Shown in pieces: positions 19,030 through 27,404 of a stretch of DNA of 64,000 nt. The translations under genes and the position numbers were made by a program. The stretch covers positions 27,260 through 91,259 of the forward strand of contig JAILZS010000003.1 in NCBI GenBank assembly GCA_023512375.1. Reading direction: 5' to 3'. This DNA is from Bacillota bacterium (GTDB taxonomy: Bacteria > Bacillota > Sulfobacillia > JAJZYS01 > JAILZS01). Below the pieces are notes generated by a model. The model saw only the letters and a program-made list of their open reading frames with translations, had not been told where the DNA came from and did not search any database. Positions within the stretch are counted from its first letter, which is position 1, and each line of letters begins with the position of its first letter.

Positions 19030-19694
19030 TGCTCGTGGATCTCAGCATGCCCCTCGGTCCCCGCGTCACCCCGGTGAGCGGGCACCCGCCCTTCTCCTCC
19101 CGGCCGATCACCACCCTGGAGAAGGACGGCCGAGCCAACAGCCACGTGTCGTTCAGCATCCACACCGCCACCCATGTGGATGCGCCCTCCCACTTCGTTC
19201 CCGGGGGCCTGACCATCGACCAGGTGCCCCTCCGCCGGTTCACCGGTGAAGCCTATGTCGTCCACCTGGCGCCGCCGCCGGCCGCCCGCCAGGCCATCGA
19301 CCTCGACCTCCTGCGGCGTTCGGGCCTGCCCGACGCGGCCGTCCTTCGGGACCGGATCCTCGTCCTGCACAGCGGCTGGACCGACGCCCACGGCCACAGC
19401 CCCGATCTGTACACCCACAACCCGTACCTGGCGGAGGAGAGCGCACGCTGGATCGTCGACGCCGGCGTGGCCATGCTGGGGGTGGACTTCGGGGTGGACG
19501 GCGGGTTCGCCGACACGCCGGTGTACACGATCCACCCCATCCTCCTCGGGGCAGGCATCCCCATCCTCGAAAACCTGGTAGGCCTCCATCGCCTGCGCCG
19601 CTCACCCTTCACCCTCACGGCCTTCCCCGTCTGCCTCGAGGGCGAGAACGGCGGCCCCGCCCGGGCGGTCGCCGTCGTGGACGAGGAGGGGTGA
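19029..19694 (+). CDS. cyclase family protein (kynurenine formamidase-like metal hydrolase)
   Basis: HTATHVDAPSHF motif characteristic of the putative-cyclase/KynB family. TGATG overlap with the upstream stop. Confidence 0.75.
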   Translation: MLVDLSMPLGPRVTPVSGHPPFSSRPITTLEKDGRANSHVSFSIHTATHVDAPSHFVPGGLTIDQVPLRRFTGEAYVVHLAPPPAARQAIDLDLLRRSGLPDAAVLRDRILVLHSGWTDAHGHSPDLYTHNPYLAEESARWIVDAGVAMLGVDFGVDGGFADTPVYTIHPILLGAGIPILENLVGLHRLRRSPFTLTAFPVCLEGENGGPARAVAVVDEEG

Positions 19695-19703
19695 GGCAAG
19701 GCC

Positions 19704-20411
19704 ATGGCCCGCGATGTCGAGGTCCTGCGCGATCTAAGCGAGCAGGCGGATCCCCGGCACACCGCCTTCCTCGTGGTCGACGTCACGAACGACTTCTGCC
19801 ACCCCGAGGGCCGCGCCGTGCGAGGGGGACGCCGCTCGCTGGAGCCCATCGAGCGCATCCTGCCGCCCATCCGAGCGGTGGCGGCGGCGGCGCGACGGGT
19901 GGGCGTCCCCGTCGTCTACGTCCTGCACACCACCCTGCCGGACGGCCGGAGCCACAGCGGCCCCTGGCTGGCGGCGCGCGAGCGTGCGCCCCACTCCGAC
20001 GTCACGGTGGGACTCGACGGCACCTGGGGGCAGCGCGTCCTGGACGCCGTCGCCCCCCAGCCGGGCGACCTCGAGGTGCACAAGTTCCGCTACAGCGCCT
20101 TCACCGGCACCCGCCTCGACCCCATGCTACGGGCGCGCGGCATCAAGACCGTACTGGTGAGCGGCGCCTCCACGAACGTATGCGTCTACGCCACCGCCTC
20201 TGCCGCCCTGGAGCTCGAGTACTACCCGGTGATCGTGGAGGACGCGGTGGCCTCCTGGAACATGGACCTGCACGAGGCGGCCCTCCGCACCTTCCGCGCC
20301 CGCTACGGCCTCACATGCCAAAGCGCGGACCTTCTCGCCCTGTGGCAGGCGGCGGACGAGGGGTCGGCGGGGTCCGGGTCCCAGGCGCCGTCGGGGACGG
20401 TGGCGGGCTGA
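19704..20411 (+). CDS. isochorismatase-family cysteine hydrolase
   Basis: AFLVVDVTNDFCHPEG (VDxQNDF-type) motif and a catalytic Cys region (TNVCV). Confidence 0.8.
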   Translation: MARDVEVLRDLSEQADPRHTAFLVVDVTNDFCHPEGRAVRGGRRSLEPIERILPPIRAVAAAARRVGVPVVYVLHTTLPDGRSHSGPWLAARERAPHSDVTVGLDGTWGQRVLDAVAPQPGDLEVHKFRYSAFTGTRLDPMLRARGIKTVLVSGASTNVCVYATASAALELEYYPVIVEDAVASWNMDLHEAALRTFRARYGLTCQSADLLALWQAADEGSAGSGSQAPSGTVAG

Positions 20412-21565
20412 TGGCCACGGCCGACGACCCGGCGACGGAGGAGATCCGCCGGGCCATCCGCGATCTGTGCCGCCGCTTCCCCGACGCCTACTGGCGAGAG
20501 ATGGACGCCGCCCGCAGCTACCCCGAGGCCTTCATCGCCGCCCTCACCGAGGGCGGTTGGCTCGCGGCCCTCATCCCCGAGGAGTACGGCGGCGCCGGCC
20601 TGGGTGTGCGGCAGGCGGCGGCGATCCTGGAGGAAATCCACCGCTCCGGCGGCAACGCCGCCGCCGCCCACGCCCAGATGTATACGATGGGCACGCTCCT
20701 GCGGCACGGATCCGAAGAGCAGAAGCGGCGCTACCTCCCCGACATCGCCTCCGGCCGCCTTCGGCTGCAGGCGTTCGGCGTGACCGAGCCGAACGCCGGA
20801 TCGGACACCACCCGCATCGCCACCACGGCCGTGCGCGACGGCGCCCACTACGTGATCAACGGCCAGAAGATCTTCACGTCGCGCTTCGACCACTCGGACC
20901 TGGAACTGCTCCTCGCGCGCACCACGCCGTATGACCAAGTGAGCGACAAGACGCAGGGGCTGAGCGTCTTCCTCGTGGATCTCACCACCCCCGGCATCGA
21001 GGCCCATCCCATCCCCACGATGATGAACCACGACACCTTCGCCGTGTTCTTCAACGACGTCCGGGTGCCGGCGGAGAACCTCATCGGGGAGGAGGGCAAG
21101 GGATTCCGCTACATCCTCGACGGGATGAACGTGGAACGCATCCTCATCGCCTCGGAGTGCATCGGCGACGGCCGCTACTTCGTCGAGCGCGCCAGCCGCT
21201 ACGCGAGCGAACGTGTGGTCTTCGACCGCCCCATCGGCCAGAACCAGGGCGTCCAGTTCCCCATCGCCCACGCCTACGCGGCGGTCGAGGCAGCCGCCCT
21301 CATGCGCGACCGCGCCGCCGAGCTGTTCGACCGCGGTGAGCGGTGCGGGGCGGAGGCCAACATGGCCAAGCTCCTTGCCTCCGAGGCGTCGTGGCAGGCC
21401 GCCAACGCCGCCATCCAGACCTTCGGCGGCTACGGCTTCGCCACGGAGTACGACATCGAGCGCAAGTTCCGCGAGACCCGGCTCTACCAGGTGGCGCCGG
21501 TGGCGAACAACCTCGTCCTGGCCTACCTCGGCCACCACGTCCTTGGCATGCCGAGGAGCTACTAG
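20411..21565 (+). CDS. acyl-CoA dehydrogenase
   Basis: ACAD N-terminal, middle (GVTEPNAGSD) and C-terminal (IQTFGGYGFATEYDIERKFRETRLYQV) domains. The real gene is the C-terminal 384 aa of a 624-aa six-frame ORF. Confidence 0.85.
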   Translation: MATADDPATEEIRRAIRDLCRRFPDAYWREMDAARSYPEAFIAALTEGGWLAALIPEEYGGAGLGVRQAAAILEEIHRSGGNAAAAHAQMYTMGTLLRHGSEEQKRRYLPDIASGRLRLQAFGVTEPNAGSDTTRIATTAVRDGAHYVINGQKIFTSRFDHSDLELLLARTTPYDQVSDKTQGLSVFLVDLTTPGIEAHPIPTMMNHDTFAVFFNDVRVPAENLIGEEGKGFRYILDGMNVERILIASECIGDGRYFVERASRYASERVVFDRPIGQNQGVQFPIAHAYAAVEAAALMRDRAAELFDRGERCGAEANMAKLLASEASWQAANAAIQTFGGYGFATEYDIERKFRETRLYQVAPVANNLVLAYLGHHVLGMPRSY

Positions 21566-21606
21566 GCCGAAGCGCGCGCGGACGCAGCGGGAAAGGGGCA
21601 AGGTCC

Positions 21607-22467
21607 ATGTCGGAACGGTACCGCACCTGGCTGTTCGCCCCAGCGGACCGCCCGGATCGGTGTCGCAAGGCCCTGGCCAGCGCGGCCGACCAGGTGATCT
21701 GGGACCTGGAGGACGCGGTGGCCCCCGGCCGGGCCGCCGAAGCGCGCACGGCGCTGGCCGAACTCCTGGCGGACCCGGGTACCCTGGGCGGGCGCCGGCC
21801 GTGGGTGCGGATCCATTCGCCCCTGACGGACGACGGCAGGCGCGATCTGGAGGAGCTGGCACCCTACGCGGCAACGCCGGCCCGCTGGGTGGTGCCGAAG
21901 GCGGACGGCGCATCGGTGGCCGCGCTCGAGGAGGCGGCCCGCCGCGCCCCGCGGCCGGGGGAGTGGCTGTTCGTCGTGGAGTCGGCGCGCGGCCTCTGGG
22001 ACCTCGCCGACCCCGGACAGGCCGGACGTTGGCACCGACTGGGCCCGGTCCGTCTCGCGTTGGGAGCCATGGACCTCCGCCTCGACCTCGGGATGACGCC
22101 CGACCCCGAGGAGCTCGACATCCTCTGGGCGCGCACGGCGCTCGTCTGGCTCAGCCGGGTGCACGGCCTACCGCCTCCCGTCGACACCCCCTGCCCCGTC
22201 TTGCGCGGCCCCGAGGTCGCCGCCTCGGCCCGCCGCGCCCACGCCCTAGGGTTCGCCGGCAAGCTCGTCATCCACCCCGCCCAGGTGGAGGTCGTGCACG
22301 CCGCCTTTGCCCCCTCGCCGGAGGAAGAGGCGTGGGCGCGCGCGGTCGTGGCGGCGGCGGAGCGAAGCGGCGGTAGCGCCGTGCAGGCAGCCGGGGAGAT
22401 GGTCGACCGGCCGGTGCTGGAACGGGCGCGCGCCATCCTCGACCGGACGGGGGAAGGCCCGACCTGA
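21607..22467 (+). CDS. HpcH/HpaI aldolase / citrate lyase beta-subunit-like (CitE-like) acyl-CoA lyase
   Basis: CitE/malyl-CoA lyase-like organisation (RTWLFAPADRPDRCRKA..., VVPKADG, catalytic D/E motif FVVESARG). Confidence 0.8.
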   Translation: MSERYRTWLFAPADRPDRCRKALASAADQVIWDLEDAVAPGRAAEARTALAELLADPGTLGGRRPWVRIHSPLTDDGRRDLEELAPYAATPARWVVPKADGASVAALEEAARRAPRPGEWLFVVESARGLWDLADPGQAGRWHRLGPVRLALGAMDLRLDLGMTPDPEELDILWARTALVWLSRVHGLPPPVDTPCPVLRGPEVAASARRAHALGFAGKLVIHPAQVEVVHAAFAPSPEEEAWARAVVAAAERSGGSAVQAAGEMVDRPVLERARAILDRTGEGPT

Positions 22468-22521
22468 TATCCGTCCCGGCGTCGCCCGGACGCCACCACC
22501 GCGGAAGAAAGGGGAGGGTTC

Positions 22522-23715
22522 GTGATGGGCGGGGCGCGTCGACCCCTCGACGGCGTCACGGTCGTGGCCCTGGAGCAGGCTGTGGCCGCGCCGTTCGCCA
22601 CGCGCCAGCTGGCGGACCTGGGGGCGCGGGTGGTGAAGGTGGAGCGGCCGGACGGCGGCGACTTCGCCCGCCGCTACGACGAGACGGTGCAGGGGCTCGC
22701 CAGCTACTTCGTGTGGCTCAACCGTTCGAAGGAGAGCCTCACGCTCGACCTCAAGCATCCCGAGGCCGCCCTCTTGCTGGAGCGCCTCTTTGCCCGGGCG
22801 GACGTCGTCGTCCACAACCTCTCGCCCGGCGCGGCGCGCCGCCTGAACCTGGAGGCGGCCGCGCTGCGGGCGCGGTGGCCGCGCCTGGTGGTGTGTACGA
22901 TCTCCGGCTACGGCAGCGGCGGCCCGAGCTCCGACCGCAAGGCCTACGACCTCCTCATCCAGGCGGAGACGGGGCTCCTCTCCCTCACCGGCACCCCCCA
23001 GACGCCGGTCAAGGTCGGCATCTCGGTCGCCGACATCGCCGCCGGCATGTACGCCTTCAGCGGCATCCTGGCAGCCCTCCTGGAGCGCGAGCGGACCGGG
23101 GAGGGGGCCTCCCTGGAGGTCTCCATGCTGGAGGCGCTGGGGGAATGGGTGAGCCACGCGGCGTACTACGCCGTCTACAGCGGCGCCGATCCGGAGCGCA
23201 CCGGCGCCCACCACGCCTCCATCGCCCCCTACGGGCCGTTCCGGGTGGGCGACGGGAACGCCGTCTACCTCGCCGTGCAGAACGAGCGCGAGTGGGTGCG
23301 CCTGTGCACCGAAGTGCTGGGCCGGCCCGAGCTGGCGGAGGACGAGCGCTTCCGCACCAACCCGCGCCGCGCCGCCCACCGCGACGAGCTGGCGGCCCTC
23401 ATCGAGGAGTCGTTCGCAGCCTGCTCGCTGGAGGAGGTCCAGCGCCGCCTGGACCAGGCCACCATCGCGTACTCGCGCATGAACACCGTGCGGGCGTTCT
23501 GGGAGCATCCGCAGCTGTCGGCCCGCGGCCGCTGGCGCGAGGTGGCCTCGCCGGCCGGTCCGGTGCGCGCGCCCCTCCCCCCGCTGGGATGGGGGGACTG
23601 GGAGCCGCGCATGGGCCCCGTGCCCGCCCTGGGAGAGCACACCGACGCCATCCTGGCGGAGCTGGGGTTGGCACCGGACGAGATCCGCCGCCTACGGGCG
23701 GCCGGGGCCGTGTAA
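22522..23715 (+). CDS. CaiB/BaiF family CoA-transferase (class III), copy 2
   Basis: GVTVVALEQAVAAPFATRQLADLGARVVKVERP family-III signature. Confidence 0.85.
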   Translation: MMGGARRPLDGVTVVALEQAVAAPFATRQLADLGARVVKVERPDGGDFARRYDETVQGLASYFVWLNRSKESLTLDLKHPEAALLLERLFARADVVVHNLSPGAARRLNLEAAALRARWPRLVVCTISGYGSGGPSSDRKAYDLLIQAETGLLSLTGTPQTPVKVGISVADIAAGMYAFSGILAALLERERTGEGASLEVSMLEALGEWVSHAAYYAVYSGADPERTGAHHASIAPYGPFRVGDGNAVYLAVQNEREWVRLCTEVLGRPELAEDERFRTNPRRAAHRDELAALIEESFAACSLEEVQRRLDQATIAYSRMNTVRAFWEHPQLSARGRWREVASPAGPVRAPLPPLGWGDWEPRMGPVPALGEHTDAILAELGLAPDEIRRLRAAGAV

Positions 23716-23781
23716 CGATCTCCCTCTCGCGCATCGGGATCGGGGCTGGGAGCGAGGGTCCTCGCACCACCGCGACCGCGT

Positions 23782-24603
23782 TCAAGCGCCGATCCCAAGC
23801 GGCTCCAGCGTCCGCACCCGCCCCTCGACGCGCGCCACCCGGTCGTATCCGGCCTCCTCCAGGAGGGCGACCGCCCGGTCGAAGGCGTAGCCGGCGTACT
23901 GCGGCTCGTGCGCGTCCGAGGCGACGGTGGCCGGCACTCCGCGCCGCCGCGCCAGGGCGAGGATCTCGGGCGCCGGGTAGAGGATGCCGACCGGACGGCG
24001 AAGGCCGTTCGTGTTCACCTCGATCGCCATGTCCGCCGCCGCCAGGGCGTCCACGAGGGGAGCGAAGAGGGCCCTCAGGTCCTTGCCGTAGAAGTGGCCC
24101 CACAGCTTGGGCAGGTCGGGATGGGTGAAGACGTCGAACAGGCCGCTTCGACAGGCGGCGACGGCCGTCTCGACGTACCGCTCCCACACCGCGTCCACGT
24201 CCCGCCCCTGCCAGTCGTCGGGCGAGTTGTCGATGGCGAAGTCCCCCAGCCAATGCACGCTGCCGAGCACGAAGTCCCACGGGTAGAGGGACAGAAGGCG
24301 CGCGATCCCCTCCTCCTTGCCCGGCACGTAGTCCACCTCCAGGCCCGCGACGATGGGGTAGCCGGCCGAGCGCGCCCTGTCCAGGAACTCCAGGTAAGGC
24401 CCCAGGTCGTAGCGGCAACGCGCCTCCGACCACGCCCCGGGGAGCAGGCCGCGCGCCTCGTGGAAACGGTAGGCGTGCTCCACCACCCCCAGGGTGTCCA
24501 CGCCCGCCCGCCGCGCCTGGGCGACGTAGGCGTCCAGCCATTCGAGGGGGTAGTTGTCGGGCCCGTACGGTCCCTTCTCGAGGTGGACGTGGTGGTCAAC
24601 CAC
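23782..24603 (-). CDS. PHP-family histidinol-phosphatase-like phosphoesterase (possible phosphoserine phosphatase role in this operon)
   Basis: MVDHHVHLE PHP motif I and later His/Asp metal ligands (EHAY, SDAHEP). Start overlaps the serA stop by 8 nt. Confidence 0.7.
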   Translation of the reverse strand: MVDHHVHLEKGPYGPDNYPLEWLDAYVAQARRAGVDTLGVVEHAYRFHEARGLLPGAWSEARCRYDLGPYLEFLDRARSAGYPIVAGLEVDYVPGKEEGIARLLSLYPWDFVLGSVHWLGDFAIDNSPDDWQGRDVDAVWERYVETAVAACRSGLFDVFTHPDLPKLWGHFYGKDLRALFAPLVDALAAADMAIEVNTNGLRRPVGILYPAPEILALARRRGVPATVASDAHEPQYAGYAFDRAVALLEEAGYDRVARVEGRVRTLEPLGIGA

Positions 24604-26191
24604 GGGCCGGCGCCTCCGCCGTCCCGGCGGCCCCGAGCTCCACCGCCACCGCCTGGGACACCTCCGGCAGGGCCCCCAGGCGGTCGAGCACCCCGTCGGG
24701 CACCGGCCCGTCCAACACCAGCGCCATCACCGCCTCGCCTCCCGGCCGGTCCCGCCCCAGCTCGAGGGCGGCGATGTTCACGCCCGCGTCGCCCAGAAGC
24801 GTGCCCACGTGACCCACCACGCCCGGCCGGTCGCGGTGGCGAGTGATCACCAGGGCAGGGCCCAGCGGAAGGTCGAAGCGCGCCCCCAGCACGGCGCGCA
24901 ACCGGGGCGGCCCGCCCTCCCCGGCCGCCACCTCCACCGCCGGCGTCCCCTCGAACTGCACCGCCAGGAGGCGTCCCCCGCCGCCATCGTCCTCCTGGCC
25001 GCTCACCAGCGCGAGGCCGCGGTCGTGGGCCCGGGCCAGGGCGTTCACCGGATTCACCCCGTCCTCCCCGGACACGCGCAGAAGGCCCGCCATGGCGGCG
25101 CGGGCCGCAAGCGGCAGGGCCTCGGAAGGAAACGCCCCCCGAGCCAGCACACGGAGGGTGGAGGCGGGAGGCCCCAGGGCGGCCAGGATCCGGCCCGCCG
25201 CCTCCCCCGCCGCCAGCACCTCGGCGGCGCGCACCACCTCGGGCGGGGGGTAGGGCAGGTTGACCGGATCCTCCGGCGCCTCGCCCCGAAGCACGCGCAA
25301 CACGTCCTCGGCCACGCGCACGCCGATGCGCTCCTGCGCCTCCAGGGTGGAGCCCCCGAGGTGGCAGGTGACAAGCGTGTCCTCGCGACCGAGCAGGGCG
25401 AGATCGCGCGGCGGCGGCTCCGAACTGAAGACGTCGAAGGCCGCACCGGCCAGATGGCCCGCGGCCAGAAGCTCGGCCACCGCCTCCTCGTCCACCAAGC
25501 CGCCGCGGGCCACGTTGAGCACGTACGCGCCCCTCGGCAGGCGGGAGAGCTCCGCCCTGCCCAAGCGCGGCCCCGTCTTGGGGGTATGGATGGTGAGCAC
25601 GTCGCTCCGCACGAGGAGGTCGGCGAGGGTATTGGCCCGCTCGGCGCCGTAGGCGCGGAACACCTCGTCGCTCACGTAGGGGTCGTACGCCGTCACCGCC
25701 ATGCCGAAGGCGCGCCCGAACCGCGCCACCTCCCGCCCCACGCGGCCGATGCCGATGATGCCCAGGCGGCGCCCCCGCATCTCGGCGCCGAAGAAGGCGG
25801 CGCGGTCCCACCCCCCCTCCCGCACATGCCTGTCGGCACGGCGCATGTGCCGGGCCAGGGCGAGGAGCATCCCCCACGTGTGCTCGGCCGCCGCCACCGC
25901 GTTGGCGCCGGGGGTGTTGAGCACGAGGACGCCTCGCCGCGTCGCCGCCTCCACGTCGATGTTGTCCACGCCGGTGCCCGCCCGCGCCGCCACCTTCAGG
26001 CGCGGCGCCCCCTCCAGGTCGGCCGCGGTGACGCGGTGGGCGCTGCGTACGATGACGGCATCGAATTCGCCCAGCCGCCGCCGGTACTCCGCCGGATCCA
26101 TGAGGTCATGCGCCTCCACCTCGGCCTCACGCCGTAGGCGCCGAAGCGCCTCCTCCCCCAGCACCTCGGTCACCAGCACCCGCGGTCTCAC
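24596..26191 (-). CDS. serA: D-3-phosphoglycerate dehydrogenase with C-terminal ACT domain
   Basis: 2-hydroxyacid dehydrogenase NAD motif (GIIGIGRVGREVA) and catalytic R/E/H, with a C-terminal ACT-like segment. GTG 26191 overlaps the upstream gene stop (GTGA). Confidence 0.8.
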   Translation of the reverse strand: MRPRVLVTEVLGEEALRRLRREAEVEAHDLMDPAEYRRRLGEFDAVIVRSAHRVTAADLEGAPRLKVAARAGTGVDNIDVEAATRRGVLVLNTPGANAVAAAEHTWGMLLALARHMRRADRHVREGGWDRAAFFGAEMRGRRLGIIGIGRVGREVARFGRAFGMAVTAYDPYVSDEVFRAYGAERANTLADLLVRSDVLTIHTPKTGPRLGRAELSRLPRGAYVLNVARGGLVDEEAVAELLAAGHLAGAAFDVFSSEPPPRDLALLGREDTLVTCHLGGSTLEAQERIGVRVAEDVLRVLRGEAPEDPVNLPYPPPEVVRAAEVLAAGEAAGRILAALGPPASTLRVLARGAFPSEALPLAARAAMAGLLRVSGEDGVNPVNALARAHDRGLALVSGQEDDGGGGRLLAVQFEGTPAVEVAAGEGGPPRLRAVLGARFDLPLGPALVITRHRDRPGVVGHVGTLLGDAGVNIAALELGRDRPGGEAVMALVLDGPVPDGVLDRLGALPEVSQAVAVELGAAGTAEAPARG

Positions 26192-27381
26192 GTCCGCACG
26201 CCCTCCTTCCGATATCCCTCGACCTCCCAACCGTCCGCTCCGCCGCCGCGCCAGGCCCGCACCGCCGCCGCCGTTCCGGTGCCGTCGGCCGGCTCCCCCC
26301 GCACCTCGGCCAGGGCCGCCTCGAGGGCGGCGACCGCGGCCACCGCATCCAGGGGGCCCACCGCCCCCACGTGCCCGACGCGCACCGCCACCTCCCTCAG
26401 GGGCCCCATGCCGCCGGCGAACGCAGCCCCCAGGCGTCCTGCCGCGGCCCTCAGAGCTGCGGGTGCCACGCCCTCGGGCAAGGTGAGGGCCGTCACCGTG
26501 GGCGAAGCCACCTCCTCCCGCGCCAGGGGCCGAAGGCCGATCGCTCGCGCCCCCTCCCGCACCATGCGGGCCACCAGGCGATGGCGGCGCTCGCGCCCCT
26601 CCGCCCCCTCCCCCTCAAGGCGGGCCAGGGAGCGCTCCAGCGCATACCACAGGCCCACCGGGGCGGTGTAGGGAAGGTCTCCCTTCAGGTACGGACGCAG
26701 GTCGAAGTAGGCGCGGCGGCGCCCGGACCCCTCGACCGCCCGGCGCGCCCGTTCGCCCACGGCCACCAGCGCCAGGCCGGGCGGCAGGGCGAAGGCCTTC
26801 TGCGACCCGGCCACGACCAGGTCCACGCCCCATGCGTCCATGGGCAGGGCCACGGCGGGGAAGCCGCTCACCGCGTCCACCGCCACGAGGGTGCCGGGGG
26901 CGTGGGCGCGCACCGCCGCCGCCAACGCCTCGACGTCCTGCAGCACGCCGGTCGACGTCTCGTTCTGCGTGAGCAGCACGCCGGCGTAGGGTTGGTCGAC
27001 CAGCCGCTCGGCTACTGCATCCGGCGACGCCGCCTCCCCCCACGCCACCTCCAGGCGGTCGACGACCAGGCCGAGACCTGCGGCCATGTCCGCCCAGCGG
27101 GCGCCGAAGGCCCCGGCCACGACCGCGAGCACGCGCTCGCCCGGGCAGAACAGGTTGACCAGCGCCGCCTCCAGGCCTCCCGTTCCGGAGGCGGGGAGGA
27201 CGGCCACGTCCCCGGCGGTGCCGAACAGGCGAGCCAGCCGGGGCAGGAGCTCGGCCATCAGAGCGCCGAAGGCGCTCCCCCGATGGTCGACCATGGGCAG
27301 GGCCTGGGCCAGGGCGACGTCGGCAGGTACGGGCGTCGGCCCGGGCAGAAACAGGTGGGCCGGTGCGGCCTCTGGGCGCAT
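26188..27381 (-). CDS. class V aminotransferase (serine-pyruvate / phosphoserine aminotransferase, AGXT-like)
   Basis: PLP fold with the SQKA(F) Lys motif (GSQKAFALPPG). ATG 27381 preceded by a GGGGGGAAGAG RBS. Immediately downstream of the T-box leader. Confidence 0.8.
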   Translation of the reverse strand: MRPEAAPAHLFLPGPTPVPADVALAQALPMVDHRGSAFGALMAELLPRLARLFGTAGDVAVLPASGTGGLEAALVNLFCPGERVLAVVAGAFGARWADMAAGLGLVVDRLEVAWGEAASPDAVAERLVDQPYAGVLLTQNETSTGVLQDVEALAAAVRAHAPGTLVAVDAVSGFPAVALPMDAWGVDLVVAGSQKAFALPPGLALVAVGERARRAVEGSGRRRAYFDLRPYLKGDLPYTAPVGLWYALERSLARLEGEGAEGRERRHRLVARMVREGARAIGLRPLAREEVASPTVTALTLPEGVAPAALRAAAGRLGAAFAGGMGPLREVAVRVGHVGAVGPLDAVAAVAALEAALAEVRGEPADGTGTAAAVRAWRGGGADGWEVEGYRKEGVRT

Positions 27382-27404
27382 CGCGCTCTTCCCCCCATCG
27401 TCGT

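Noticed and set aside
19691-21565. 624-aa ORF
   Set aside because: Real gene is the acyl-CoA dehydrogenase from 20411. The upstream part overlaps the isochorismatase gene in another frame.
20303-21913. 536-aa antisense ORF
   Set aside because: Antisense to the ACAD and CitE-like genes. Pro/Arg/Gly-rich.
24075-26137. 600-aa minus-strand and 527-aa plus-strand ORFs overlapping serA
   Set aside because: Alternate-frame and antisense artefacts. The serA frame carries the NAD-binding and catalytic motifs.
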